From: Eledone cirrhosa
Lineage: Eukaryota
NCBI GenBank assembly: GCA_964016885.1
Contig: OZ024756.1
Location: 32,054,001 to 32,118,000, forward strand
Length of the DNA stretch: 64,000 nucleotides
Direction of reading: 5' to 3'
Below the pieces are notes generated by a model, which had not been told where the DNA came from, ran no database searches, and saw nothing but the letters and a program-made list of their open reading frames with translations. Shown in pieces: positions 30,373 through 44,308 of this stretch. How positions within the stretch are numbered: the first letter of the stretch is position 1; every line of letters starts with the position of its first letter. The position numbers and the translations under genes were made by a program.

Positions 30373-30492
30373 TATTAATTTATTAAAATAATAGTATAAA
30401 TATTGGCTATAGGGTTCTTATATATTTGATATATATTTCCCCTTATCGAACCCTCTTTGGATTTTAGTCCTCACATTTATTATTATTACTAT
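30153..30492. repeat. Inverted pair of a short (TA)n-associated repeat (also at ~27414-27455 and ~58501-58548)
   Basis: tagtaataataaacgtaaagactaacatccgaagagggctcgataa has a diverged inverted copy at 30442-30492. Confidence 0.6.
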
Positions 30493-30512
30493 ATATATAT
30501 ATATATATATTC

Positions 30513-30598
<86 letters not shown>

Positions 30599-30642
30599 AA
30601 ATATATATATATATATTCATTTATATATATATATATATATTC

Positions 30643-30680
<38 letters not shown>

Positions 30681-30724
30681 AAATATATATATATATATTC
30701 ATTTATATATATATATATATATTC

Positions 30725-30787
<63 letters not shown>

Positions 30788-30842
30788 TTTATATATATAT
30801 ATATATATATATTCATTTATATATATATATATATATATATAT
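30490..30842. repeat. (TA)n with recurring ttcatt / ttcaattaa interruptions (higher-order minisatellite)
   Basis: About ten (AT)n-ttcatt or (AT)n-ttcaattaa modules. Confidence 0.85.
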
Positions 30843-31139
30843 GGAATCTTTATACTCATTCCAGCCATCCGGATGCGGAGATACTGGGGCACAGCCATTA
30901 TATATATATATAATGCAAACACATATACATTACATATATATATATACTTATATATAATTATCTGTTTGTATATCGGCATATTGTGTATAAAGTGGTCTTT
31001 GGATTGTTTTTTTGATTGACGTCAAAATATCGTAAATAAACAATTCTATAAACATTGATATGAATAAAACACACACAAAATACCAAAACAAAACAAATAA
31101 AAAATACACCAGCAAAACAAATTTCGATATCGCTTCAAG

Positions 31140-31220
31140 CTACCAGAAATCAAAACCCCGAAAGCAATGCTCCGGCATGACCGCAGTCCAATGACTGAAA
31201 GCATTAAAACGAATAAAAGG
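31140..31220 (+). mobile_element. 3' fragment of a third SINE family
   Basis: gaaagcaatgctccggcatgaccgcagtccaatgactgaaa..aaaa resembles octopus SINE tails (from memory, not searched). Confidence 0.45.
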
Positions 31221-31355
31221 AATGTGAAATGGCATTTCCTATCGTAACGAAATTATATGGTATCAATATTACTTTGCATTTTTTTCTTTCATTTTTTTAA
31301 TGTTTTCACCGATACTTTTTTTCTTCTCTTTTTCATTTCAAGATTGGTATTTATT

Positions 31356-31393
<38 letters not shown>

Positions 31394-31696
31394 AATACAT
31401 ATATATATTTAGGTGTATTTTACCTTCATACACAAAACTTGACTTTCTTCCTCCATCACTACAACACCACATTCCGTCAGTCTGGGAAAAGAATAAACTT
31501 ACTAAAAGTCTAAAGGTCAGGCACTCACTCACACACACACACAGATATATATATATATATATATGTACATATACAGACACTCATATATATATATATACAT
31601 ATATATAAACATAGATATATAAATGTACATATATGTACATACACATACACACACACATATATATATATATATATACATATATATACACACATATAT

Positions 31697-31737
<41 letters not shown>

Positions 31738-31786
31738 CACATACACACACACACCCACACACACACACACATATATATATATATAC

Positions 31787-31837
<51 letters not shown>

Positions 31838-32491
31838 TGTGTGTCTATAAATAATAATAGAAGTAGCAATAATAATAAGAATAATAATTATTTATATAAA
31901 CAAATTGAATAAAAAAATTATTTTTTTCTCTCTCAATCTCACTCAATATCACACATTCGATTGGAGATTTATTTGGTTAATAAAACAAAAAACAAAAACA
32001 AAAAAACATTAGCTAAAATAAATAAAAGTATACTAAGAGGAAAAGACTACAAAAAGCCAAAAAACACAAAAAAAAATATGAAAACCCCCCCACCAAAATA
32101 CAACAAACAAAACAATGACTATGAACCTATTGTCCGATGACAAATCAAAATATTCGTATATAGCAAAGTAGATAGTAAAATGAACTTGGCACTATATAAA
32201 TTCTGATCGTATACTCTATGACTTAATAGAAGATAGCTTCGCCATTTTGGTGAAAACTGAAAAAGTCGAAATACTACTTATATTGTCATTTTCGTTTTCA
32301 TAATTATTGTTACTGTTGTTGATGTTGCTGTTGTTGTTGTTATTGTTGTTGTTATTGCAGCTGTCGTCGTTGTTGTTTATTGTTTGTGTTTTCGTTTCGC
32401 AAATACATAAATATATGTTATATCTTTTTTGTCTGCGAGTTCATTCATATATGGGTTTCTTTTGTTTGCTTCATGGTGGTGTTATATATAC

Positions 32492-32536
<45 letters not shown>

Positions 32537-32545
32537 AGTATGAAG

Positions 32546-32586
<41 letters not shown>

Positions 32587-32594
<8 letters not shown>

Positions 32595-33130
32595 ATACTT
32601 TGGGAGGGTCATGTTGCCAATAAGAAACACACGCACCAGTTACTTTCACTTCAATTTATTATAATAAATTTATAAATTTAGGAATTTATAAATTTCCGGT
32701 TGGTTGGTTCCACAACCAGAGGATTGTTCATATATTGTCAAAGTTCTTTCGTCACACATTCTGTGACCTCTTCAGTGACTGGGGATTCTTTTCTGTGTTT
32801 TTGTGCCTCTCCTTTGAGGCAAGATGGCGTAGGACAGAACAAAGGAGAGGCACAAAAACAAAGAAAAGAATCCCCAGTCACTGAAGAGGTCACATAATGT
32901 GTGACGAAAGAACTTTAACAATATATGAACAGTCATCTGGTTGTGGTACCAACCAACCAACCAACCGGAATATATAAATTCGTAAATTTATAAATTTATT
33001 ATATTAAATTGAAGTGAAAGCAACTGGTGCGTGTGTTTCTTATTGGCAACATGACCCTCCCAAAGTATAACAATATCGGTTTCAACACACGTTTTCAGAT
33101 AAAGAATCTTGCTAAACAAATTCAGAAACG
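32587..33130 (+). mobile_element. Fold-back element with ~230-bp arms, 23-nt loop and right tail, in (TA)n
   Basis: 32587-32816 pairs with 32840-33076, with scattered mismatches and an (AACC)n length difference. Confidence 0.85.
32737..32779 (-). ncRNA. Hammerhead-like motif (mirror copy at ~32877-32920 on +)
   Basis: Minus strand gtca-CTGAAGA-g-gtcaca-gaatg-tgtgac-GAAA-G-aa-C-TT|tgac. Confidence 0.55.
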
Positions 33131-33164
33131 AAATATATATATATATATATAAATATATATATAT

Positions 33165-33528
33165 TAGAAAGTGAGGTTTTTTTTACAAAATGAAAAATAA
33201 CCGAGGTGTCCTACACGAGTGAAAGTATAAAGAAAAAGAGATGAAATCGAAAATGCAACTGGAGTCTTATTTAAAAAAAAAATATATATATTTATTTGGT
33301 TCCTTTACCGGTTTCGCAGTTCTTCTGCTTTTCAAAAGGTGAGTTGAGATGGAGGGTCTGTGGTTTTTCTCACATCTGATGTGAGAAAAACCACAGCCCC
33401 TCCATCTCAACTCACCTTTTGAAAAGCAGAAGAACTGCGAAACCGGTAAAGGAACCAAATAAATATATATATTTAAAAAAAAAATAAGATTCCAGTTTCA
33501 TTTTCGATTTCATCTCTTTTTCTTTATA
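33165..33528. mobile_element. Near-perfect 303-bp palindrome with left tail, in (TA)n
   Basis: Arms 33226-33376 and 33378-33528 around a single T at 33377, few mismatches. Confidence 0.85.
33415..33452 (+). ncRNA. Minimal hammerhead with mutated core (mirror at 33302-33339 on -)
   Basis: cctt-TTGAAAA-gcag-aagaa-ctgc-GAAA-C-cg-G-TA|aagg with ACCGGT palindrome. Core differs from CTGANGA at 2 positions. Confidence 0.55.
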
Positions 33529-33664
33529 TATATATATACACACATATATACCGGCTTTATCGTGTTATATCGTCATTTTGATTAAATTGAATATATACAG
33601 CAACACGCGCATATATATATATATGAACATATATCTGTATGTATATATATATATGTATATGTAT

Positions 33665-33696
<32 letters not shown>

Positions 33697-34062
33697 GTAT
33701 GTATGTATATATATAGATATATTCACATATATATGCGTCTGTATTAGTGCGTATGTATGTGTATCTCTTTGCGAGGATGTATTTATAATTACAGATCATC
33801 AAAGAATTTCCTTTATTAAACATTACATAATTTGGACGTTTGATACCGTGTACTGAAGCAGTGATGGTAGGAAAATGAAATGAATTTATGAGAGGATGAT
33901 ATTGAGGCTCTTTGTATTTTGTCAGTATGGATGAGGTAATTGAATATTTGTCTTGGTGGGTAACTTGATATAACAGAAAGCTGCTATAGGGGAGGATACA
34001 CCGACGAGATTGACAAAAAGCGCTTTCCAACGTTGTTATAACTGTTGTTATTAAGTGCATCA

Positions 34063-34268
34063 GATTAGCAGTAGCGGTTGAGGGTCGGAAGCCATGCTTT
34101 TTAGCATAGTGTTACGGCCCTTTATGATCTGAGTTCAAATTCCGCTGAGGTTAACTTTGCCTTTCATCCTTACGGGGTCGATAAAATAAAGTACCAATCA
34201 CGCACTGGGGTCGATTTAATCAACTTTATCCTCTTTTCTGGCCTTCTGTCTATATAAGAAACCATTAA
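34063..34268 (+). mobile_element. Family A SINE
   Basis: A/B boxes and core present. Confidence 0.85.
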
Positions 34269-35535
34269 CTACTTTTGGTATACATGGACGTTTGCTGGTC
34301 TTCCACATACAACCTTCACCGAACGTAAACCGTGTGTTTTTCCCTACCTTAACCTTTATAAATATTCTGATTTCTTAGTAATTATGCTTCTGCTATTAGT
34401 GGTGTTGCAGCATTTCTAGGGATTATGTAATCGCGATAGATGTAATGGCCCAAGACACTAAATATTTCAGTGTTTTATTTCTAAGGATGAAATATTTCAT
34501 TAAAGAAGATTTGACTGTAATGAAGAGCATATGGTTTTGAATATTTGAGAAGAAAACTAAAATAACATGAAACCTTATTTTCATTAGATCAATCGAATAC
34601 ATAAAACGTCTTTTTTTAGTTAGAGGGTCAATTTATTTGCATGTGTTTTTCAACGAAAATTTCTAGATTGAGTTATTTAGTTTGAGTTTTTCGTTATCTC
34701 CCCAAAGGATATTTATTGACGGATAAAGCAATCATTATGTCGGTCTCTTTAATCTAAGAGTGTTAAACAAGTGTCTATTTTTTTAAATTTCTTTCGGCTT
34801 CTCAACATGTTCCTTTAAACTATGTCGTTAATTCTGGCTAAAAACAAATTTCACAAAAAATTCTTGATTGACGACAAATGTTTACTAAATTCAGTAAAGG
34901 CAGACGATAGGCTCAAAATAGACACCTTCACTATCTAATTATAACAGAAAAAAAACCCCTCAAAAAACCAACCACCTTGAATCAAATATTAGAAGATTCT
35001 TAACGTAAACGAATTCTGAAAATAATTCTCAAGGAAAATTGTGATGAAGGAAAAGAAGAAATCGAGGAATTAAAAACAAGAAAAAAAAAATGAATTTACC
35101 CGATTTCGAAACACAATTACGATAATGTAGTAATTACATTATAACATGAAACGACCTTCATTTCCAATGTAGTTTTTCTATTTTATTGAGAAATATCAAA
35201 ATTATAATTAATTTTTTATTATTTTACTAGTCGTTATCATATTAACTGTGTAGCCCCAGGAAAAATAAATGAGAGCAGACATTATGATCAAGGCCATTTG
35301 AAATGAGACAACATGACGTAACTATCTCCATGACGTAACAACTCAAATCGTGTATATGTATATATATATAGAGAGATAGATAGATATAGATATGTGTGTG
35401 TATGGTTGTGTGTGTGTGTGTATGTGTGCATGTGTACATGTATGTACGGTTGTTTGTGTGTATGTGTATATATGTTTGACCATGTGTCTGTAGACACACA
35501 CAAACATACGTGTGTGTATATATATATACACACAC

Positions 35536-35643
<108 letters not shown>

Positions 35644-35651
35644 TGTGTGTG

Positions 35652-35683
<32 letters not shown>

Positions 35684-35723
35684 TAAATATATATGTATAT
35701 ACACACATATAAATACATATATA

Positions 35724-35811
<88 letters not shown>

Positions 35812-35985
35812 CAATAAAATTATATTTTGTTTACATATTCCAAATCAGTGATTTTTATGTAATTACATTTACCCTGGTCTTAGTTTTTCTACTCCTAGCT
35901 CACATATCCTTGAATAATTTATGCATTAATGTGTACAGAGAAGCAGACAGTCACACACACACACACCACGCACACATATACAAAC

Positions 35986-36017
<32 letters not shown>

Positions 36018-36198
36018 ACACACATACATTCCCATATGGATGAATATAAAATAGATTCTATACACACACATGTATATATATATATATTACAACATATCGT
36101 GACTTATCTTTTATTACTTCTCTATATCCGGAGTTGAAGATATGCTCAGCTAGTTATATTTCCAATCTACCGTGTTTTCTTTAAAAGGCTTTTTGTAA

Positions 36199-36276
<78 letters not shown>

Positions 36277-36278
36277 TT

Positions 36279-36342
<64 letters not shown>

Positions 36343-36648
36343 AGCAGGTTTTTATCTCTTACGGATTCTCGGTGCTGCACAATCATATCAACTCTAATAT
36401 AAGACAACCAAACATGAAATTTTCATATATCTACACAATGTTTGTCTGTCTTCTATTTATCAGCAGTTATGTTTTATTTGTTATTATATGTATTAGAAAT
36501 TATGTAAATTTCCTTGTTTACTTGAACTAAATATGATGTATTTACTCTTATTTATTTAACTAAGAAAACACCATTGCTTTTAGACATGAATAGCGACAGA
36601 CTCACAGACAAATGTTCACGAATACACGGGCAGATTAACGCCTATTAT

Positions 36649-36737
<89 letters not shown>

Positions 36738-36738
<1 letters not shown>

Positions 36739-36942
36739 GTTATTCCGGGTTGAATCGGAGGTAACCAGCGTAAGTAAGGTACTCAATACGTTGCAGAGTA
36801 TAAAAGTTTTAATATAGATGAGATTCTACAGGACTAGAACTGTTTCATTCTTTAGAAATCATCAGGAATCTCTGAGATTCCTGATGATTTCTAAAAAATG
36901 AAACAGTTCTAGTCCTGTAGAATCTCATCTATATTAAAACTT
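36738..36942 (-). mobile_element. Fold-back hammerhead element (family H1), second copy, in (TA)n
   Basis: Tail with gtaagtaaggTACTCAATAC. 69-bp arms 36804-36872 and 36874-36942, 1 mismatch, 1-nt apex. Confidence 0.8.
36874..36926 (+). ncRNA. Type I hammerhead ribozyme (mirror at 36820-36872 on -)
   Basis: gagattc-CTGATGA-helix II-GAAA-CAG-ttctagtc-CTG-TA|gaatctc. 7-bp helix I. Confidence 0.75.
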
Positions 36943-36954
36943 ATATATATATAT

Positions 36955-37082
<128 letters not shown>

Positions 37083-37117
37083 CATATATATGCTAATCAT
37101 TATGAATTTACATACAA

Positions 37118-37160
<43 letters not shown>

Positions 37161-37627
37161 CATACGCATACATACATATATATAAACAGAGAGATAGACA
37201 GAGCGTTGATACACAGAGGTTTGTATATTCCAAAGGATATCTACCTATACATACATACATATATACATCGACACAGACACGCACGCACTTACATATAAAC
37301 ACACGTTCACACACACACAAGGAAATATAGGAGAGAGTTATAAAATTATATTTGTAGACGTCATAAGATACATCTGGAAAAAAAGTGAAATAGCTAAGCG
37401 GTGCACATGCACTCTGTAACCCCATATGCAGCTTGCAGTTGTCAGGAGGCCAGTACCTTGAAACCTATGGTAGCACAATACATGTTAAACAGCACAGTAT
37501 ATAGAAGGAATATATTAGTTTCATGCTTGACACTAGTCCCTCATCACAATATAGATTTAGAAATATTATAAATATAAATTATAGAGTGATAAGAAGAAAG
37601 AACTGGGAAAATGAGAACAAAATATTC

Positions 37628-37744
<117 letters not shown>

Positions 37745-37888
37745 AAACGTTAATTGAATGAACACTTAACACAACATGAGCAGAGAACAAACTTCATTTT
37801 CCTATGAATAGAAGAATGAAAGGAATTTATACCTTCGGCAACGATTCTCCTTCGAACAATAGTTTCGAATATTTCTTTGAAGTGTATA

Positions 37889-37981
<93 letters not shown>

Positions 37982-38410
37982 CGTAAAATAAGAAAATATT
38001 TAAAAAAAAAACTTAAAAAAAATTTTTTACTTACTTAAATTTTCACTCCAACTAATTAGTTTCTGCAATGGGATAAAGATAGTTACGTAATCCAACTGTC
38101 GAGAATTCATTGCGTCATCAGGGAGTCTATTCTCAGTTAGGTCTCCAGGCAATGCGCGGACACTGGCGGCTCATATAAAAATAATGATAATTCGGTAGAT
38201 CGAACAGCTGGCGAGGACTGGATTCTATGTACCGAAATTCTCACTGCTTCAGGTCAAATGGCCGATTCTAAAGAATCAATCACGTGACACAGAGGCTAGT
38301 TAGAAGGAATGGGATGGTAAGATGACTGACGCCTACTAACACCCCAAAAACATTTTTTTAGAAGTGGTTTTGGCAAGTTTGCTCGACAAATCAGTGATTT
38401 GGAGATAAAT

Positions 38411-38602
38411 ATAGATAATTTAATATATCAACTAACATAAGCGCACAGATGCACGCCCATGCTAGTAAATACACAGGTTATGTCATAGTACCTAGGTGGT
38501 TCAATGCATTGAACCAACTAGGTACTATGACATAACCTGTGTATTTACTAGCATGGGCGTGCATCTGTGCGCTTATGTTAGTTGATATATTAAATTATCT
38601 AT
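38411..38602. repeat. 192-bp spacer-less palindrome abutting (TA)n
   Basis: Centre ATG|CAT at 38506/38507. One mismatch seen. Confidence 0.9.
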
Positions 38603-38956
38603 CTATATATATATATATATATATATATATGTTTGAGTATTCCGATGATTTGATCAGAGACACACACTGTATTTAGAGTGACGCAACTTTGAGTGATTAA
38701 CGGCCTTTAGACTCACCTGATCAATGAAATAATTATTAATACTGTAAATAAAACCCTTTTTGTACTGCCGACCATGTTATTCTTCACTCTTTCACTACTA
38801 TTATTCCAAGAATGACCTGCATGGGAATTCTCGCAAACTCGCCAACTAATCAAGGAAACCTCTTGTTGAGTCAAACAACGCCGTACGTTAAAACTATCCA
38901 TAGTACAGAGTACTCACAACCTTTAACTGGGTTACCTAGAACGATAACTTGTTATC

Positions 38957-39005
<49 letters not shown>

Positions 39006-39007
<2 letters not shown>

Positions 39008-39263
39008 AGGTGAGTTTTATTGTAGTACAATAAAGCAATGCAGATATCGGATAAGAAGCACTCTACAGTTTGTGGGACTGGAGTATACATAATATAAGAT
39101 CAAAAGATGGTTAAAGGAGTTCCATATATTTTAGCCTTTTTTTAGCCTTCATATCATGTTCTCCTGTTTTATCTGATGAAAACACAAATATTATTGCTTG
39201 ATGATGTTTGTTTTTGAAATGCGCATAATAAAATATATGGAACTCCTTTAACCATCTTTTGAT

Positions 39264-39270
<7 letters not shown>
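39006..39270. mobile_element. Fold-back element (family H2) in (TA)n
   Basis: Tail with agCACTCTA. 42-bp perfect arms 39092-39133 and 39229-39270. Confidence 0.8.
39167..39233 (+). ncRNA. Type I hammerhead ribozyme with 16-bp helix II
   Basis: ttttat-CTGATGA-aaacacaaatattatt-gctt-gatgatgtttgttttt-GAAA-T-gcgc-A-TA|ataaaa. ATGCGCAT palindrome. Confidence 0.75.
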
Positions 39271-39305
<35 letters not shown>

Positions 39306-39346
39306 CGAAACATAAGTCAATTGCATGAACTCATAATCCTTTATTT

Positions 39347-39402
39347 ACTGCTATATATATTTCTATGATAGCCATTGAATGGCTATGACCTCATCAGGCA
39401 GT
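39347..39402 (-). ncRNA. Type I hammerhead in a short element (39301-39460) between (TA)n tracts
   Basis: Minus strand actgc-CTGATGA-ggtc-atagccatt-c-aatggctat-cata-GAAA-T-atat-A-TA|gcagt, then AATAAA and a tail with AACTCAT. Confidence 0.65.
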
Positions 39403-39456
39403 TAGTCAGTTCTTAGATATGCCAGTTCTGTGTGTATAGTGTTGATGGTATCAGAG

Positions 39457-39530
<74 letters not shown>

Positions 39531-39534
<4 letters not shown>

Positions 39535-39926
39535 TGGAAATGTGTGAGATCCTTGGTACAGGTAAGTATATTTGAAAAAAAGGAAAAGAATGACTTCACT
39601 TGTAGTGTTAAAAAATGTTATGATTTAATGTTATATAGTATTATAATATTATGAGTTGGTAGATCCAGTAAAATAGGTTTCCTGAAGTAGCAAAGAAATG
39701 CCCATATGTGCTAGAAAGACCATATGATCTCTTCCGTCCTTGTCAAGGGGACTGTTAACCGTCTCTCCGTTTTGCAAAAACATATCGGCATTGCTCTGCT
39801 ACTTCAGAGCAACCTATTTTTACTGGATCTACCAACTCATAATATTATAATACTATATTATAACATTAAATCATAAAATTGTTTAACACTACAAGTGAAG
39901 TCATTCTATTCCTTTTTTCAAATATA
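39531..39926. mobile_element. Fold-back element, ~145-bp arms, 70-nt spacer (family H3)
   Basis: 39567-39709 pairs with 39780-39926 (diverged). Single-arm homolog at 45431-45540. Confidence 0.75.
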
Positions 39927-39954
39927 TATTTATATATATATATATAAATATATA

Positions 39955-40051
<97 letters not shown>

Positions 40052-40242
40052 TTCATTCTAGTGTTATATAATATATAAAATACCATTTATATACTGGGTT
40101 GATTATTTTTCTACAACACTTTCTTAGTTCTTTCCTGCTTGTTTTTCTCCATTTCTTCCACACCATCACTTCTATCTTAATTACTGCAGTCCACATTTTT
40201 AACACTATGCACACGTGTCTATTACTATTATATGTATTGGAA

Positions 40243-40291
<49 letters not shown>

Positions 40292-41258
40292 TATGTGTAG
40301 AGAGTGAGAGAGTGATTGAGAATAAAAGAGATATACAGACATGTATATAGATGGATTGATTGATAGATAGTAAGATGGGTCTATGGTTAGGTAGAGAGAC
40401 AGATAAACAAATAAATAGACAAAAGGAGACACATGTAGACTCTTAGATAGATAGTTAGACTGATAGTGGTGTGTGTGGTGTGTTTATCTGTTTGTGTGTC
40501 TGTGTGTGTCTGTGTGTGTCTGTGTATGTGTGTATGTGTGTATTTGTCTGAGCAAGTGTGAGTGTGAATGCGCAACTATCAGAATTTATCTATCGCCATT
40601 ACTAGCAAAATAGAGCGAAATCAAACATTTTTGTTTCTTATATTATTAAAGTTTGTTTTGTTTTTCATTTATTTCGTTTCATTATCAGAACATTGGTTCT
40701 ATTCACATATATTGCTTTTGAAACCAAATGGACGACGCACCGTTAAGAGAATAAAGCAACAGAAGGTGACATGTTCTCCTTGTAGCGAGAATGTGTGACA
40801 ATTTGTCTGCAAGTGTACGAATGGCGTCATTCTCATTTAGAAGAAACCAAAGGTAACAGAATTACCGTCGATATTTCACCTTTTTGGAATTAATCACTTC
40901 GTATAAATCAAATGAAGGAAACAAATACACTGTATAGCCAACAAATCGATTTCTATTAAATTAACTCTTTCCAAATAGAAAATTATATGAATTTGAACTC
41001 TTTTGCAGATCAAATGTTATATAAAGTAAATTATATTTTTGTTTTGGTTTTACATGGGAATTTACAACTATGCAGCTGTATAATTCCTTTTCATAACCAC
41101 CAGTTTTTAATACTCTCGTTTCCTGTGTTTAAACCAACGAGGGACCCTTTAAATGGTCGTTCACTCTGGAATGTAAAGCAGTCGCCTATCTCTCTCAAAT
41201 CAGACACGAAACTCTTAAAAAGAAACACGTATTGAAAGATAAAGCTTTTTGTATTCAG

Positions 41259-41364
41259 GGTTGTTGTTGTTGTTTTGGTTGTTGTTGTTGTCTTTCTTCT
41301 TCTTCTTCTTCTTCTTCTTCTTCTTCTTCTTCTTCTTCTTCTTCTTCTTCTTCTTCTTCTTCTT

Positions 41365-41422
<58 letters not shown>
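41259..41422. repeat. (GTT)n(TTC)n(ATT)n compound microsatellite
   Basis: Read directly from sequence. Confidence 0.95.
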
Positions 41423-41426
<4 letters not shown>

Positions 41427-41535
41427 AATCCCGCCGAGGTTAACTTTGCCTTTTATCCTTATGGGGTCGATAAAATAAAGTACCAGGATTACACTAGGAT
41501 AGTTGCTGGCCTTGTGCCAAAAGTAGAAACAATTA
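41423..41535 (+). mobile_element. 5'-truncated family A SINE
   Basis: ttcaaatcccgccgaggttaactttgcc...aagtagaaacaatt. Confidence 0.85.
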
Positions 41536-42128
41536 TTTTTATTATTACTATTATCATTATTATTATCATTATTATTATTTTGTTGTAGATGAGCTCTCAC
41601 CAAGCTGATCTATGACCAAAGTCACCGTCTTCAGATTTTGCTTTTGGTCTTCAGACATTATTTTTCTTTGAATAAATTGTTTCATGTGGTTTTCCTTTTT
41701 AACACTAGTGTGATTTTGTTGCCTATCTAGCATTTCTGGCTATAGTGTAATGGTCCCAATTGTATCGATGTATATTGCCTTTTATCCCCATTCAAGTTTA
41801 AATAAGAACTGAGCAGGGAGTAAACAATAACATCGTCAACAGTGTCAGCAATTCAATATTCATATCAAACTGAGAATTAACCTTTCTAAACTTTACCATT
41901 TCAATCACTTGTTTTCAAGTGTAGGAAAATATAAAGATATCATTGCTCTACAACCTTTGTCAAATAAACACAAACAGTTGGGTTCAACTAATGAGCTCAC
42001 TTGACCAGCTACAAATGACAGTCAACTTTCCTTAAAATTATATGAATTAAGGAATAACTCGTTGAAAATTCCAGTTCCTTCTAAACTATGCTTTAAAAAT
42101 ATATGTGATTAGCATTGATTATTTTATC

Positions 42129-42316
42129 GGTGGATTGGCAGTATCGGTAGAGGGTCGGACGCCATGCTTTGAAGCATAGAGTTACGGCCCTTGCCATTCT
42201 GAGTTCAAATCCCGCCGAGGTTAACTTTACCTTTCATCCTTACGGGGTCGATAAAATAAAGTACCAGTAATGTACCGGGTAATTGCTGGCCTTGTGCCAA
42301 AAGTAGAAACAATTAT
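42129..42316 (+). mobile_element. Family A SINE, full length
   Basis: Close match to 14445-14630. Confidence 0.9.
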
Positions 42317-43602
42317 TTTATCTTTCATCATACATATTGCTCAAGGCTGGATAACTTAGGATTGAATGAAAACAACAATATCATTAAGATAAACATGTGT
42401 AAACAAACGGTGTACGTGTCTTTAGAAAAGGTTCCGTAAATATATTATCTATGGATTGGATACAACAGCATCCTAAATATTAAATATCTGAGATGTAGGA
42501 CATTAAATTTACATTGAACAAATACACATTATAATTCTATTCAGACCTGGCATATTTCTTCCCAAGATTGTTATATATTTGATCAGTGGCTATGCATGAT
42601 TCATGATTATCTGTGTACATATACGCGTGTCTCTATTTGACAATAAATCTGTTATAATAGTAATGAATATATAACAACTGTAAATATTATATTGTGTCAA
42701 TGTTGTCACTTCTATATCAGTATTTGTTGTTATTGTCACGTATTCATTACCTTTTTCTTACAACAACGGACGCAATCTAAATTTTATTTTATTTACATAA
42801 CATGCCAATATATTGAATCGAATTGAAGTTAGATATTCCTACTGACGAATGAAAGATATTACTAACCACTAAAATGAAATGTTAGAATTACGATGTGAGA
42901 TTTCTCTTGTTACTATATAAGCCCGAATAATGACTTGAATTTATGGCAGAGAAGTTTATATATTCTGTTTCATAACCACTATGGCGGCTTTACTAATAGC
43001 ATGCACAGCTAAAGGGCAACGATAAGAGATTTATAGTTTCGGACACTATAATTTCAGAGACACTAGAAACTATTATGCTACACTGATCATTTTCCAACAT
43101 TTTCTACAAAACAAGAACCAAATTATTTAATCTTTAGTTTAACATTTGATGGTTTATTCTCTCCATATTTGCTAATACATTAAATATTAAAATCGAAGAG
43201 CAGCTATTAAATATGTCCATTCATCTTGTTTGATCGCAGATAAGGTACCATCAAAAGATATTTTTCTTCTGTTGTATCGATAGTGATCTCATTAGTCTGT
43301 AGACATCGATACTGTTAATGTTTGCAGCGAAAATATAATGGTTTTATGGTGTTATCGACGGTAAAATCTTTTCTGAAAAGGCTTGACATGTGATGCCATG
43401 CTTGGGAAACGATACTAATTAAAAGGTTATAGGACTCTTTTGCAATTCCTAAATGGCTTTGCAAGGCCCTGGTAACTATCCATTTTGCAACCTATTAAAG
43501 AATGCTCTTATTAACTTTCCTCTGTTATCAACACACTATTTTCTGTGAAAGAAAATTATTAAGGTGTATAATATGTCGACGTTAATATGCGTTACAAGTA
43601 CA

Positions 43603-43659
43603 ATGAGTACAGAAGAAAATAATGAACATTCTCCAACAGTTACTGCATCAAATGATGAG
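43603..43659 (+). CDS. Candidate short first coding exon (MSTEENNEHSPTVTASNDE)
   Basis: ACA-ATG start context, 19 stop-free codons, phase-0 donor GAG|gttagt, in a repeat-poor block. No downstream exon identified. Confidence 0.2.
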
Positions 43660-43935
43660 GTTAGTTAACTAAATGTTGACCCTATTACAATGTCCCAACA
43701 GTCATATATCACATATCAAATATGTTCGTAAGTAAATGATTGAAATGACATATGACCGATATCTACCAACGTGGGTTAAATTTTTCATCAAAGACCTAAA
43801 ACTATTTATAATCATTTTCTAAAATCTTAACTTTAAATGGCATAAGCTAGTTCACACTAAACTTTGCTGTAATTCTTTGAAACACATGAGACTAGACGTC
43901 AAAAATATTATATTGTATTTATAATATAGTACATA

Positions 43936-44035
<100 letters not shown>

Positions 44036-44148
44036 AAGTATGTTAGCAGCTGTAGTGTACGATGAAGTTATATCTGTACAAATACAGAGAGGTTAACTGA
44101 GACTGCACCAAATGTGTATATAAATGAACACATATCTAATATATAAGC

Positions 44149-44308
44149 ATGAGTTCAAATTCTCCCGAGGTTAACTTTACCTTTCTTCCTTGCAAGGTCG
44201 ACAAAATAAAGTATCAGTAAACTACTGGGGTTGATAGTGGGTTGATATAATCGTATTTCCCCCACTCCTCAGATTGCTGGCCTTGTGCATAAAATCAGAA
44301 ACTATTAT
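44149..44308 (+). mobile_element. 5'-truncated family A-related SINE
   Basis: gagttcaaattctcccgaggttaacttt...aaaataaagtatcag...gctggccttgtgc. Confidence 0.75.

Noticed and set aside
32587-33528. Classical MITEs or miRNA precursors
   Set aside because: One-sided tails, variable apex among family members and hammerhead motifs do not fit fixed-TIR MITEs. The stems are too long and perfect for typical pre-miRNAs. Not fully excluded for every copy.
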